Positions 39,300 through 50,865 of a stretch of 64,000 bases of DNA are shown one piece after another (the stretch's first letter is position 1; the number at the start of each line of letters is the position of its first letter). The notes beneath the pieces are model-generated. The model worked only from the letters and a program-made list of their open reading frames with translations. It was not told the origin of the DNA and did no database searches. A program made the position numbers and the translations under genes. Source of the stretch: Clostridioides phage LIBA6276; sequence record MF547662.1, one strand, 5' to 3'.

Positions 39300-41228
39300 T
39301 TGATATTAGATAATTCACCAGCGGATAGCTGGATAAGAATTACTGGAGTAATTGTTACTTACAATAACACACTTTATCAAGTAGTAGATAAAGAGACAAA
39401 TAAAAAATATATATACTGGGATGCTGATAATCCAGGGACATTGAAAGTTTCTAATGTAAGATTACCAGAAGGAAATACACAATTTTTAGTAGTTGTAAAT
39501 GATAATGGAAAGCATACAGAAGTTCCTACAAACTCATCAATATTCAATATATCTTTTGATGGTAATTCAAGAAAAAATACTGAAGAACAAATCTGGGGAT
39601 TGTATGAAACAGATGAAAAACACAATGAAAAGTTTGTAGTTATTGAAAAAGATATTGATGGAATACATCAAACAGTTTTAGAGGTACAAGAAGATGCATC
39701 TCATATAAAAGAAAATATGTCTCTTATAGACCAGAGAGCTGAAAATGTAAATATATTAGTAAAAGAAGTAACTAAAAATTTTGGTGGTTCACAAGAAAAT
39801 ATAACATTAAGAGAAAACATAAATAAGGCTATAATTAAGTTAAATACAGACTTAGGAACATTTAGCTCTAATATGTCTAATTATTTTAACGATAATGAGA
39901 TTACAGATGAAGAAAAAGAAAAGATTGATATTGAACTTAATTTATTAGATACAGACAAAGCAAGTTTATATACAGAGCTACAAAAACTTATTGATAGAAC
40001 TACTGGAGTAGACTTAGTAGCAATAAACACTTCAAAAACAGCATTGGATGCAGCAAGTACCAATCTAAACTCTATAATTGATTCAGTTATTTCAGATAGT
40101 ATAATTACACCTTCAGACAGAATTTTAGCTATAAATGCAAATGCTCAATATAACTTAAAGATAAATGAACTTAAAAATACAGTGGATAGAATTTATATAA
40201 CAGGTATGGGTGGAAGTATATCAGAGGAATTTTCACAGATAAATGCTACAGCTAAAGAAATAAAATTAGAAGTAGCAAAAGTTGATGGTGCAACTAAAAC
40301 AAATGCTGCTGAAATTAAATTAACTAAAGACGATATAACAATGATGGTTACAAGGAATAATTCTGGCTCAATTGTAGGAATTAAACCTGATAAAATTGAA
40401 TTTGGATTCAATGATATATCAAATTATGTAGAGATAAGCAGGAGTGGTCTAACAGTAAATCAAGGAGCTATAGCATGTGATATATTAACTACTCCATCTG
40501 GTCATGAACCAATAATCAGATTATTTGGAAGTAGTAGGTCTGGATTTGCAATAGATGCAAGAAGGTCTGATGGTTCTAGTCAAGCCTCAGCAATAAGATT
40601 AAAATATGATAGCAATAATTATTTTTGGGTAGGATATGATACTGCTGAGATTTATGTTGATGGAGAAGAACACTTTATTGTTGAAAGAGATGATACTTTT
40701 GTAAGATGTGGAGGAGCTACATTTACATTTACAAATGGAGATAGTTTAGGTATAGGATATTCATTTTATCCAGAGCGTTCATCAACTGATTTAGGTTGTG
40801 ATGATTATAAATGGAGGTATTTATATTCACGTTCTACTCTAAGTGAATCTGACAAAAAGTTTAAAGAGAATATAGTATACATAAAAGATATTAAGAATAG
40901 AACTCGTTCAAGTATAACGCCAACACCATTTTTAGATTTTATAAAAGATGAATTTAAACCAGCAACATTTGATTATATTGTATCAGCAGAAAAAGATAGA
41001 ACAATTGCAGACAGTCAAATAGGGTTTATAGCTAATGATTTTAAAGATAGTTATGTTGGAAAAACATTTCTATATGATTATGGAGAAGAAAATGGATTAA
41101 TGTTTAGCCCATCTGGTTATACAACTGTTGTAGCAACTGCACTTCAAGAGGAAATACAAAAAAGAGAAGAATTGGAAATGATAGTTAGTGAATTAAATGA
41201 GAAAATTAATAATTTAGGAGGATATTAA
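39300..41228 (+). CDS. putative tail-associated (Tal-like) protein
   Basis: 642 aa, TTG start abutting previous stop; position after Dit. Confidence 0.35.
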   Translation: MILDNSPADSWIRITGVIVTYNNTLYQVVDKETNKKYIYWDADNPGTLKVSNVRLPEGNTQFLVVVNDNGKHTEVPTNSSIFNISFDGNSRKNTEEQIWGLYETDEKHNEKFVVIEKDIDGIHQTVLEVQEDASHIKENMSLIDQRAENVNILVKEVTKNFGGSQENITLRENINKAIIKLNTDLGTFSSNMSNYFNDNEITDEEKEKIDIELNLLDTDKASLYTELQKLIDRTTGVDLVAINTSKTALDAASTNLNSIIDSVISDSIITPSDRILAINANAQYNLKINELKNTVDRIYITGMGGSISEEFSQINATAKEIKLEVAKVDGATKTNAAEIKLTKDDITMMVTRNNSGSIVGIKPDKIEFGFNDISNYVEISRSGLTVNQGAIACDILTTPSGHEPIIRLFGSSRSGFAIDARRSDGSSQASAIRLKYDSNNYFWVGYDTAEIYVDGEEHFIVERDDTFVRCGGATFTFTNGDSLGIGYSFYPERSSTDLGCDDYKWRYLYSRSTLSESDKKFKENIVYIKDIKNRTRSSITPTPFLDFIKDEFKPATFDYIVSAEKDRTIADSQIGFIANDFKDSYVGKTFLYDYGEENGLMFSPSGYTTVVATALQEEIQKREELEMIVSELNEKINNLGGY

Positions 41229-41229
41229 T

Positions 41230-41385
41230 ATGGAAGTAAATTTACAAAAAGCATATACAGTAGCATTTGAAGAGATAAAAAGTTTATATAATGAACTAAT
41301 ACTTTATAAAGCACTTAACATGCAACAACAAGAAGAAATTGAGAACTTGAAAAAAGAACTAGAAGAACAAAATAAAGAACAATAG
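41230..41385 (+). CDS. small coiled-coil protein (51 aa)
   Basis: ATG after AGGAGG RBS; below ORF-track cutoff. Confidence 0.3.
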   Translation: MEVNLQKAYTVAFEEIKSLYNELILYKALNMQQQEEIENLKKELEEQNKEQ

Positions 41386-41396
41386 GATGTGATACT

Positions 41397-43472
41397 TTGA
41401 AAAATTATGAAATAAAGAATCATACCATAGAAGTAGATTTTAGTAATTATAGAATAAATAAAAGGTTACTAGACTATTTTATTTATAATGAAAATGATGT
41501 TAAAACAGCTTATATTGAAGCAATATTGAAAAATAAAGATGAAATAATAGATTTATCTGAATATGATAGAGTTTTAGTTAGCATTACAAAAAGTGATGGA
41601 CAAAAGGTTAATGGTGAATGTGAAGTTGTAGATGCAGAAAATGGTGTTGTAGAGATAGAACTTAGTCGACAAGCACTTGCAAGTGTTGGTATAAATACAT
41701 TTCAACTATCCCTTGTGAAAGAGGGAACTCTACTTAATACTACAAATCTTTATTATAGAGTTGAAGAGGGTATGATTAATGATGATGATATCACCTCAAC
41801 TGATGAATATGGAGTATTATTGGTAATAATAGCCCAAGCAGAAGAGATTATAAAAAACAATAAAGAGTTAACTAAAAGAGTTGAACAACTTGAAATAACT
41901 ATCTTAGGAAATGAAGAAGTTAGGGATAAAGCAGAGCAGATTAGGATTTATAATGAAGATATAAGAAACATACAAGAAGAAGAAAGAGAGTTTAATGAGT
42001 TAACACGTCAAAACCAAGAAGCAAATCGTGAAGAATCCATTCAGAATATGCAAATCCAAGTTGATGATAAACTTACTGATTGTCAACTCCAATTAGATGA
42101 AATGATAGATGCCAAGTCTGAAGAAATAGACAATATTGTTGATGATAAAATGCTTGATGTCCAAGCTCAAACAGATAAGAAATTTCAGGACTTAGATACT
42201 AGAGCTAATAATATTTTTGATTTATATGATAAGACATTTGAAGATAAGCTTACAGACAACCAAGAACAAATTGATTATAAACTTGATGAAGTAAATCAGG
42301 CTATATCTAATGTAGAAGATTGTATTGATAAAAGTACTACAAAATTAGATACAAAGATAAAAGAAATAGATGACAAAATAGTTGAAGTAAATACTGCTAA
42401 GACAGATATGACAACAACTGTATCTAACAAAATAACTGAATTTGAAAATAGATTTAGTGAATTAGAAAGTCTTGATGCTAGAGGCGAGTTAATACAAGCT
42501 AGAGAAACTATTGATGGAAATGTAAAGGACACTTTAAAGGATAGATTAACATATGATTTTGAGAAAGTTAATGAGAAAATTGCTGAGATGACTTCTGCTG
42601 CAACTAATGTAGCTTTTAGTAAATCTTATGTTGAATCGGATTGGGTTGCTGATGGAGAATATTTTAAACTTATAGTTAATCATAATTTAGTTACAGAAAA
42701 TATATTTGTAGCAATATTAGATGAAGCAACTAAGAAAAGTATGACTAATTCTTATACTATAGTAGATTCTAATACGATAGAAATATTTAATGAAAGTAAC
42801 ATAAATGTAAGAGTAACTGTTGTAAATGGTAATACAAACAAAGAAGTTATACAAGCTACAATAAATGATAACATAACAACACTAGATAGTACTTATTCTA
42901 GTGTTAAAATTGATGCAAAAATTGATGAGAGTCTAATTAAGATAAATGAAAATAAAAGTAATATAGCTACTAACTTAGAGAAGATAAATCTAATACAAAA
43001 TAAAGTTGGTTCAAGTGAATTAAGTACAATATCTAAAAATATATCAGATGCAGTAAATGAATTAGATGCTAGTGTAAAAATTCTTGAGGCTGGTGGAAAC
43101 TTAGGTCAACAATTAGACAGTTTAAAAGCCAAGTATGACGCACTTTCTAATAAAGTCTTAGATATAGCAGTTTATTTGGAATTGGAATCTGGCTTACTTC
43201 CAGATGAAGTAGGACACTGGTTTGATGGTTTGTCTGATGATAAAGCGATATTATCTATTGATGGAGATTTAAAACTAGATACAGAAAATAGGAAAATACA
43301 AGGTGCTACTGGTAGTGTTACATTCAATAGAATAACAATTCCTTTTGAATGTAAAAAATTAAGATATATACATGAACTAAATGATAATTATATAGAAACT
43401 GTATCTGATAAGAATATATCTATTGGTACAACTATAATAGATTTAGACAAATATTCTTACGAAATTAAATAA
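41397..43472 (+). CDS. tail fibre-like coiled-coil protein
   Basis: 691 aa, TTG start; central long acidic coiled-coil (DDKL..QLDEMID.. repeats) and C-terminal beta-rich region. Confidence 0.4.
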   Translation: MKNYEIKNHTIEVDFSNYRINKRLLDYFIYNENDVKTAYIEAILKNKDEIIDLSEYDRVLVSITKSDGQKVNGECEVVDAENGVVEIELSRQALASVGINTFQLSLVKEGTLLNTTNLYYRVEEGMINDDDITSTDEYGVLLVIIAQAEEIIKNNKELTKRVEQLEITILGNEEVRDKAEQIRIYNEDIRNIQEEEREFNELTRQNQEANREESIQNMQIQVDDKLTDCQLQLDEMIDAKSEEIDNIVDDKMLDVQAQTDKKFQDLDTRANNIFDLYDKTFEDKLTDNQEQIDYKLDEVNQAISNVEDCIDKSTTKLDTKIKEIDDKIVEVNTAKTDMTTTVSNKITEFENRFSELESLDARGELIQARETIDGNVKDTLKDRLTYDFEKVNEKIAEMTSAATNVAFSKSYVESDWVADGEYFKLIVNHNLVTENIFVAILDEATKKSMTNSYTIVDSNTIEIFNESNINVRVTVVNGNTNKEVIQATINDNITTLDSTYSSVKIDAKIDESLIKINENKSNIATNLEKINLIQNKVGSSELSTISKNISDAVNELDASVKILEAGGNLGQQLDSLKAKYDALSNKVLDIAVYLELESGLLPDEVGHWFDGLSDDKAILSIDGDLKLDTENRKIQGATGSVTFNRITIPFECKKLRYIHELNDNYIETVSDKNISIGTTIIDLDKYSYEIK

Positions 43473-43488
43473 ATAGAGGTGGAAAAAC

Positions 43489-46400
43489 TTGAAAGAAAAT
43501 AAATTAATACAGCGTGGAAGATATTTTGATACTATTTATGAGATTGAGGATTTTGAACCAGAATTTGATAAATATGATTTTGTTAAAATGTTTACTTCAA
43601 AATATATAGACTGTACATATGGTTTGAAATCTGATGAAACATTGTGGGTAACAGGAAATAATCAAGTGGTTGGAAAATATAGTCCAAGAAATAATAACAT
43701 TTCACGTAGAGTAGATACATTTACAAAAATTGATGGGGTATCCAATATAAAAGATATTGCAATAGGAAGTGAGCATACTGTAATTTTAAAAAAAGATGGA
43801 ACTTTATTAGGTGTTGGTCAAAATTCAAATGGAGCATTAGGGCTTGGGGGAGATATTACAGTAGCAACAACTTTTACTAAACTACCTATAGAAGATGTTG
43901 TGAAAGTTGTTGTTGGAAGTGGACTTACTATAGCATTAAAATCTAATGGAGAGTTGTATTTTACTGGTTATAATGGTAGTCAACAATTTGATAACTTAGA
44001 GAATACAAATACTTTTATTAAATTATCAATAACAGATGTAAAGGATATAGATTGTGGTGATGGTTTTACTTTTATATTAAAAACTAATGGGGAATTATAT
44101 TCATGTGGTAGTAATTCATATGGACAATTAGGACTAGGAGACAATACTAATAGAAATACTTTTACTAAAGTTAATATAGATAATGTAAAAGAAATATCTT
44201 GTGGTAGATACAATTCATTTATAATAAAAAATGATGATTCTTTATATGGATGTGGATACAATACAGAAGGTCAATTAGGATTAGGTGATATTACCAATAG
44301 AAATGTATTTACCAACATGGCTCTTAATGTAAAAAAAGTTGTATATGGAATAAATTCTACTATAATTCTAAAAAATGATGATTCTTTATATGGATGTGGA
44401 CGAAATACATATGGACAATTAGGTTTGAGAAATGTTCCTAATCCTAAAACATTCATTAAAATTGGTATAAATAATATAAAGGACATATATTGCGGAAATA
44501 ATCATACGATTATGATAAGAAATGATAATAAACTTTTATTCTGTGGAACTAATAGAGAATCACAAATAGGCAATCCAAATAATATAAATTATCCTGTAGA
44601 CGTATTTACAGAATATAAAAGTGCTGAGGTGTTGGGATATAATAAATCTGTTACCATGAACAATAAAAACTATCTTATAAAAGAAAATGGGGATTATATT
44701 TGTTATGGAAACATAAAAAAAATTGTATCTGTTGAAGGTTCGACTTATGCATTACTAGAAAATGGTGAACTATGGGTATCTGGGAATAATACAGATGGAC
44801 AATTAGGATTAAATCATAAAGTAACTCAAAATTATTTTACTAGAGTTCCAATAGATAATATAAGAGATGTTGTTTGTGGTGCTTACTATGCTTTTATAAT
44901 AAAAAACGATGATACTGTATGGGTGACTGGACTTAATAATTCTGGGCAATTAGGAACTGGCAATACTTCTCAACTACAAAAATTTACAAAAATCTCCATA
45001 GATAATGTAAAAAAAATTGCATGTGGTCGTTCTCATGTTTTAATATTAAAAAATGATAATAGTATATGGGGTGCAGGAGCAGGTTATTATTTAGGAATAG
45101 GTACTACTAGTAGTACAGGTATAACATCCTTTACAAAAGTTCCTATAGATGATGTAAGAGATATAGCATGTGGATATGAATGCTCTATAATATTAAAAAA
45201 TGATAATAGTATATGGGGTGCAGGAGCAAATCATAGTGGTCAATTAGGGAAAACCTCAAATAATAGTGTGGAAAAATATTTTATAGAATTATCTATAAAT
45301 AAAGCAGTAAAGGTGAAAGAAATATATTGTGGGATTTATCATACATTAATATTGAAAACTAATGGAGAATTATATGGATGTGGTAGTAATACACAAGGAC
45401 AATTAGGAAGAAGGATTTCTACAGACAAATTAGAACAATTTACTTTAATAGAAACTGATACCACTCATATATGTAACAATCATTGCGAATCATATAATAC
45501 ACTTATAATAGATTCTATCGGAAGGTTAAAAGCTACTGGTCAAAATAATTATAATCAATTAGGTTTAGAAAATAATAAAACTACACTAATAGAAAGTTTT
45601 ACTCCTACAAATATTGTAATCGGACAAGGTAATAATAGATATATTGCTGGTGGTAGTGATTGTACATTTTTAGTAAAAACTGATGGTAAAGTGTATGGTA
45701 TAGGAAATAGACTTAATGGAAGGTTTGGTACAGGTTCAGATAGTGTAGCAGCATCTACATTTACAAGAATTGGTTTTGAATTTAATAGTACAGAAATAGA
45801 CTATAATAATGATTTTAGGATAGCAACTACTAATGTAAATGATTATATGAGTGTCTTTTTAAAAAAAAGTAATGGAGAATTATATGGTGTGGGGAATAAC
45901 ACATATGGTCAATTAGGTATCGGAAACAATTCTACATGTCATTACTTTTATCCAATAAATATAAAAAATATAAAAGATGTGATATGTGGATTAAATTATA
46001 CCTTAATATTAAAAAAAGATGGAGAGTTATTAGTTACAGGTAATACTTCAAGTCAAAAAGCATTAGACACCAAAACCTTGTTAACTAGTGAACCGTATAG
46101 ATTTAATCAAGTGAGTACTATAAGTAATGTAGAAAAGGTTGTATGTGGTTCACTAATTGTTTTTGCGTTACTTGGTGATGGAAGATTATATAGTACAGGA
46201 ACTAATACATATGGTCAATTAGGATTAGGTGATATTGCCAATAGAGATAGTTTTGCAAGGGTCAATATAAATAATGTAAAAGAAATTGCGTGTGGGATAA
46301 GTCATACATTAATATTAACAAGTAATGGAGAATTATATGCCACAGGGAGAAATGATGAAGGTCAATTAGGACTAGGAGACAATACTAATAGAAATACTTT

Positions 46401-48372
46401 TACTAAAGTTAATATAAATAATGTAAGAAAAGTAATATGTGGTGCTTATTACACATTGGTGTTAACAAATGATGGAGAATTATATGCTACTGGAAGAAAT
46501 AAAGAGGGGCAGTTGGGACTAGGTGATATTGTTAATAGAGATACTTTTACTAAAGTTAATATAGATAATGTGAAGGAAATATCCTGTGGTCTTGACCATA
46601 CATTAGTATTGAAAAATAATGGAGAATTATATGGATGTGGGAGTAATGGACAGGGGCAATTAGGATTAGGAGATAACACTGGCAGAAATACTTTTACTAA
46701 GATTAATATAGATAATGTTAAAGGTATTAATGCAGGTGGTCGTTCATCTTATATTTATAAAAACGATGGAAGTGTTTTTTCTACTGGACAAAATACATAT
46801 GGATTATTAGGATTGGGTGATGTTACTAACAGAAATATTTTTACTAAGGTTAATATTAAAATTTTTGACTTTGAAAAAATAACAGATTGTATAGTCAATA
46901 ATAATTTTAATTTAGTAAATAATAAATTTTTAATACCTACAAAAGATACTAAATATCAACATTATGTAACTTCGTCTGATGATTTTAATTACAACGAAAT
47001 ACTAGGCTCTCAATATCCTGTTTCACCTTATGCTAATGAAGTATTAGAATTGCCTTTCAATAATATAAAAGAATTTTGGATGTCTAAAACACATTCTTTA
47101 ATTGTTAATACTGATGGAGAATTATATGGATGTGGTAAAAATACTTATGGACAATTATTAAATCCATTAACAACAACTTCTTTGCTAGAGTTTACTAAGT
47201 TAAACTTTGATAATATTAAACAAGCTTCATGTGGAAATGGATTTTCATATTTTGTTAGAAATGATGGAGCTTTATTTTCTTGTGGTTTAAATTCAAATGG
47301 TCAATTAGGACTGGGTCATAATAATGATGTTTCTGAACCTCAACTGATTACAACAATATCTAATGTAAAAAAAGTAATGTGTGATAATAATTTTACATTA
47401 GCTTTATTAAATAACAATGAATTGTATGCACAAGGATACAATAGATTTGGTAACTTTGGTTTAGGTGAAGAGAAAAAAGATACTATAATACCTTTATTCA
47501 CTAAAATTGCTACAAATGTGGAAGATGTAGAAATAGGCACTAATTATATTTTACTTAGAAAAACAGATAATACAGTTTATATTAGTGGTAGAATAAGAGA
47601 TTGTTATAATATAGAAGAAAACAATATATATGTTTTTAATGAAATTAAAACACCTTCTAGTATATACAAAGAAAATTTAGTATGGGTTAATCCTGTAAAT
47701 GATGAAACTGTATCTTTAATTTATAAAGTAAATTCAGTTAATTCAACTATTGAAATTATTGAAAAAACAATCTCTGGAATAAAGTTAAAAATAAATGATG
47801 ATGGTAATGAAATTATAAAAATAGAAATGTATATAAATAATGAGTTGATTACTACTATGACAGAATTTACAAATAAATATTCTCAATTTACCATACCATT
47901 AGATAAATTAGTTCTTGGGAGAAATAATATTGTATTTAAAGGATATGATAATTTTAAAGGAAATATATATACTTCTTTGACAATAAATAAAGAAAATAAT
48001 TCTATATATGTATCTGAAAATTCAAGTTTATTAATTAATGGAAAAAGATATACTGTTCAATCTGTTTCAGAATCTGAGGGTAAGGTCACAGTAAATTTAG
48101 ATAGAGGTTTAGAAGGAAATGTTAATGTGGGTGATATAATATATCAATTAATCAATAGGTTAAATGTTCAAATAAAAACTAATAACACTGGTATGCATAA
48201 AGATGCTAAATTGCTAGAAATGAAAAAAGTTGACACAGGTTATCAAGAAATATATGAGTTTAAAGAAAATGGAATTAAAGAAGTAGAACCTAAAATTATT
48301 GTAAATGGAAATGAAGATACAGCAATAAAAAGACCATCTATGATATTTTCTATAGATGAGACTACACTTTAG
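43489..48372 (+). CDS. giant RCC1-like beta-propeller repeat protein (putative tail fibre / receptor-binding protein)
   Basis: 1627 aa; >20 tandem ~50-aa repeats of ..NGELY.CG.N..GQLGLGD.TNRN.FTKVNI.NVK.I.CG..H.. (RCC1/ATS1 signature); TTG start after GAGGTGG. Confidence 0.55.
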   Translation: MKENKLIQRGRYFDTIYEIEDFEPEFDKYDFVKMFTSKYIDCTYGLKSDETLWVTGNNQVVGKYSPRNNNISRRVDTFTKIDGVSNIKDIAIGSEHTVILKKDGTLLGVGQNSNGALGLGGDITVATTFTKLPIEDVVKVVVGSGLTIALKSNGELYFTGYNGSQQFDNLENTNTFIKLSITDVKDIDCGDGFTFILKTNGELYSCGSNSYGQLGLGDNTNRNTFTKVNIDNVKEISCGRYNSFIIKNDDSLYGCGYNTEGQLGLGDITNRNVFTNMALNVKKVVYGINSTIILKNDDSLYGCGRNTYGQLGLRNVPNPKTFIKIGINNIKDIYCGNNHTIMIRNDNKLLFCGTNRESQIGNPNNINYPVDVFTEYKSAEVLGYNKSVTMNNKNYLIKENGDYICYGNIKKIVSVEGSTYALLENGELWVSGNNTDGQLGLNHKVTQNYFTRVPIDNIRDVVCGAYYAFIIKNDDTVWVTGLNNSGQLGTGNTSQLQKFTKISIDNVKKIACGRSHVLILKNDNSIWGAGAGYYLGIGTTSSTGITSFTKVPIDDVRDIACGYECSIILKNDNSIWGAGANHSGQLGKTSNNSVEKYFIELSINKAVKVKEIYCGIYHTLILKTNGELYGCGSNTQGQLGRRISTDKLEQFTLIETDTTHICNNHCESYNTLIIDSIGRLKATGQNNYNQLGLENNKTTLIESFTPTNIVIGQGNNRYIAGGSDCTFLVKTDGKVYGIGNRLNGRFGTGSDSVAASTFTRIGFEFNSTEIDYNNDFRIATTNVNDYMSVFLKKSNGELYGVGNNTYGQLGIGNNSTCHYFYPINIKNIKDVICGLNYTLILKKDGELLVTGNTSSQKALDTKTLLTSEPYRFNQVSTISNVEKVVCGSLIVFALLGDGRLYSTGTNTYGQLGLGDIANRDSFARVNINNVKEIACGISHTLILTSNGELYATGRNDEGQLGLGDNTNRNTFTKVNINNVRKVICGAYYTLVLTNDGELYATGRNKEGQLGLGDIVNRDTFTKVNIDNVKEISCGLDHTLVLKNNGELYGCGSNGQGQLGLGDNTGRNTFTKINIDNVKGINAGGRSSYIYKNDGSVFSTGQNTYGLLGLGDVTNRNIFTKVNIKIFDFEKITDCIVNNNFNLVNNKFLIPTKDTKYQHYVTSSDDFNYNEILGSQYPVSPYANEVLELPFNNIKEFWMSKTHSLIVNTDGELYGCGKNTYGQLLNPLTTTSLLEFTKLNFDNIKQASCGNGFSYFVRNDGALFSCGLNSNGQLGLGHNNDVSEPQLITTISNVKKVMCDNNFTLALLNNNELYAQGYNRFGNFGLGEEKKDTIIPLFTKIATNVEDVEIGTNYILLRKTDNTVYISGRIRDCYNIEENNIYVFNEIKTPSSIYKENLVWVNPVNDETVSLIYKVNSVNSTIEIIEKTISGIKLKINDDGNEIIKIEMYINNELITTMTEFTNKYSQFTIPLDKLVLGRNNIVFKGYDNFKGNIYTSLTINKENNSIYVSENSSLLINGKRYTVQSVSESEGKVTVNLDRGLEGNVNVGDIIYQLINRLNVQIKTNNTGMHKDAKLLEMKKVDTGYQEIYEFKENGIKEVEPKIIVNGNEDTAIKRPSMIFSIDETTL

Positions 48373-48385
48373 AAGGGATTAAATT

Positions 48386-48712
48386 ATGAACGTAAATATA
48401 AATGAAGAAAAAATTGAAAAGCTTAAGCAGAAAAAGAAAATAAGTAATTTAAATATAAGTCAAAAAACGCAAGATAATGACATTACAGATTTAATGTTAG
48501 CAACTGCTGAAATATGTGAAATGGTATTAAGTAGTCAACAGACATCTACTATGTCATTAAGAAATATAAAATTAAATGAAGGAGGAAGTAGTATGGCAGC
48601 AATTTATGTGGGATTGATAGAGAGAGGTTTAAAAACAATTGACCAAGTACCTGTAAAATACAGAGAAGAAGTAAGAAAAATGTGTGAAGCATTAGAGATT
48701 TCATTATCATAG
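48386..48712 (+). CDS. hypothetical protein
   Basis: 108 aa ORF. Confidence 0.3.
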   Translation: MNVNINEEKIEKLKQKKKISNLNISQKTQDNDITDLMLATAEICEMVLSSQQTSTMSLRNIKLNEGGSSMAAIYVGLIERGLKTIDQVPVKYREEVRKMCEALEISLS

Positions 48713-48790
48713 AATTGTAAGAGTTCTTTTTTTATGTTCAAAATAGAGAGTTACTAATGTAGCTCTCTAACTTAAAAAGAAGGTGATAAA

Positions 48791-49120
48791 TTGTTAAATG
48801 AAGAGGTAGTAAAAAAATTAAAGAATGTACCTAGCGACACTAATAATGCAATAGAAACTGCTAAAACAGAGATTAACAACAAAATAGGTGATACAACACA
48901 ACTTACTACAACAGATAAAACAAATATAGTTAGTGCATTAAATGAGGTAAAAACTAGCGTAGATAGCATAGAAACAACAGCAGAGAAAACAAGTTATAAT
49001 AATGCAACAAGTAATCTTACTGCTACAAATGTTCAAGGGGCGATTGATGAAGTTGTTAGAAAAATAGAAAATTTTAATGAGGTTAATATATCTATACAAA
49101 ATGATATGTTACCTATTTAA
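48791..49120 (+). CDS. hypothetical protein
   Basis: TTG start after GAAGGTGATAAA; 109 aa. Confidence 0.3.
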   Translation: MLNEEVVKKLKNVPSDTNNAIETAKTEINNKIGDTTQLTTTDKTNIVSALNEVKTSVDSIETTAEKTSYNNATSNLTATNVQGAIDEVVRKIENFNEVNISIQNDMLPI

Positions 49121-49136
49121 GATAGGAGAGTGAAAA

Positions 49137-50852
49137 ATGGCTATAGTTTATGAATTTAATTATACAGGTGCTGAACAAAGTGTAGTGTTGCCACCTGGTA
49201 AATATAAGTTTGAATGTTTTGGTGCTTGTGGTGGTAATTATTATGATTTTGTACAGTGTGCAAAAGGTGGCTATACTGCTGGTTCTTTAATATTGAAAGA
49301 AAATACTACATTACATGTTTACGTTGGGCAAAGTGGTTATTGTAAAGGTGTTAATGGTATTGAGACTTGTAGAAGTGGTTTTAATGGTGCGGGTGGTATA
49401 ACCACTTATAAAAGTACTTCTGATGGTTATTATAGTCTTGCAGGTGGTGGAGCTACTGATATTAGACTTATTGGTGGTAACTGGGATAATTTACAAAGTT
49501 TGCTATCTCGCATAATTGTTGCAGGTGGTGGTGGTGGTGGAAGCGGAAATTCACATGATAGTATTGGTCATGGTGGTGGTACAAAAGGTAAAGATGGTAT
49601 TTCTATAGCAAATAAATATTTTGCAGGCGGTGGAAGCCAATTTCAAGGCGGTTTAACTTTTAATAGTCTTTATAATGGTTCTTTTGGTGTAAGCGGTGCT
49701 GGAGATGGCATTAGTGGTGTTGGTGGCGGTGGTGGTTGGTATTGTGGTGCAGGTAGTTTTTATGCTGAATTTGGTGGTGGTGGAAGTGGATATATTCTAA
49801 CAAAAGATAGTTATAAGCCAGCAAATTATAGTCCATCTTCTAAATATTATTTTAGCGATATAAATAGCGTTGTAGGTGGAAATACTACGAAACAAGATGG
49901 TTATGCTAAAATAACATTACTCCAAGCATTACCTTTTTTAACTATATCCTCTTATAATTCCACTACAGCTACATTTAAAGCTGACCACACAGACCCTACA
50001 TTGCTTACAAAAATAGAATATTTTATAGATGATGTACTAAAAGAAACTATAACAACAGATTTAACAACAGAGAAAATAATTAACTATACATTAGAAGATA
50101 ATACACTACACACACTTAAGATAGTTGTCACAGACAGCGCTAATGCTACAGCAGAAAAAGTTGTAAGTATAAGCAAAGGAATTGCACCTCTTCCTGCTGG
50201 TTCTACAACAGATGAAGTTACAAGTAAATGGATAGAAATTAAAGATGCATTTAAAAGTGGCAAAACAAGTATTATAAACACTTTAGCATTAAAGAATATA
50301 GAAGCAAGTTTAAATAATACGCTAGTTGAATTATCAGAGAAAATAAAAACAAGTTTTGACAGTTCTGACGCTAGTGTGCAGGATTTGATGAACCAGTTAA
50401 CACAAGCTAATAACACTATAAGTCAGTTAAATTCTAAATATAAATATGCCAGTGGTACTATTGATGTTGTTAAAAATAGTTCTTTAATGGCTAATTTATA
50501 TGGAGAGTCCTTTGGTAGACAACCTGGTACTTGGCTTAAGATTGATAATTTAGGTTTTATTCCTAATATTTTTGTTGCTGAATGCCAATATGTTACTTCT
50601 AATAATTATTTTTTTAAACATATTGTTATTGCTACTTGTAATATAAATTGGTTTTGGGATAAAAAAGATTTTTCAGCTAGAATTGTATTTACTAAAGAAA
50701 AAAATTCTAATCAAGATTTTAGTGGAAGTGGAATTATTTATTCAAATAATGAGTGTGATGTATATATAAATAATAAAGGCATTAATGTTCCTGCAAGTAG
50801 TCCTAATGTTTCTAGTTACCTACATTCTTGGCATGCTATAAAATTTATATAA
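49137..50852 (+). CDS. glycine-rich tail fibre-like protein
   Basis: 571 aa with long Gly tracts (AGGGGGGSGN..GGGTKGKDG..GGGGGWYCGAG) and C-terminal beta-rich domain. Confidence 0.4.
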   Translation: MAIVYEFNYTGAEQSVVLPPGKYKFECFGACGGNYYDFVQCAKGGYTAGSLILKENTTLHVYVGQSGYCKGVNGIETCRSGFNGAGGITTYKSTSDGYYSLAGGGATDIRLIGGNWDNLQSLLSRIIVAGGGGGGSGNSHDSIGHGGGTKGKDGISIANKYFAGGGSQFQGGLTFNSLYNGSFGVSGAGDGISGVGGGGGWYCGAGSFYAEFGGGGSGYILTKDSYKPANYSPSSKYYFSDINSVVGGNTTKQDGYAKITLLQALPFLTISSYNSTTATFKADHTDPTLLTKIEYFIDDVLKETITTDLTTEKIINYTLEDNTLHTLKIVVTDSANATAEKVVSISKGIAPLPAGSTTDEVTSKWIEIKDAFKSGKTSIINTLALKNIEASLNNTLVELSEKIKTSFDSSDASVQDLMNQLTQANNTISQLNSKYKYASGTIDVVKNSSLMANLYGESFGRQPGTWLKIDNLGFIPNIFVAECQYVTSNNYFFKHIVIATCNINWFWDKKDFSARIVFTKEKNSNQDFSGSGIIYSNNECDVYINNKGINVPASSPNVSSYLHSWHAIKFI

Positions 50853-50865
50853 ATGAGGTGATAAA

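Noticed and set aside
49500-49800. Glycine-codon (GGTGGT) nucleotide repeats as a repeat array
   Set aside because: This is coding low-complexity sequence within an intact 571-aa ORF (Gly-rich fibre), not a non-coding repeat.
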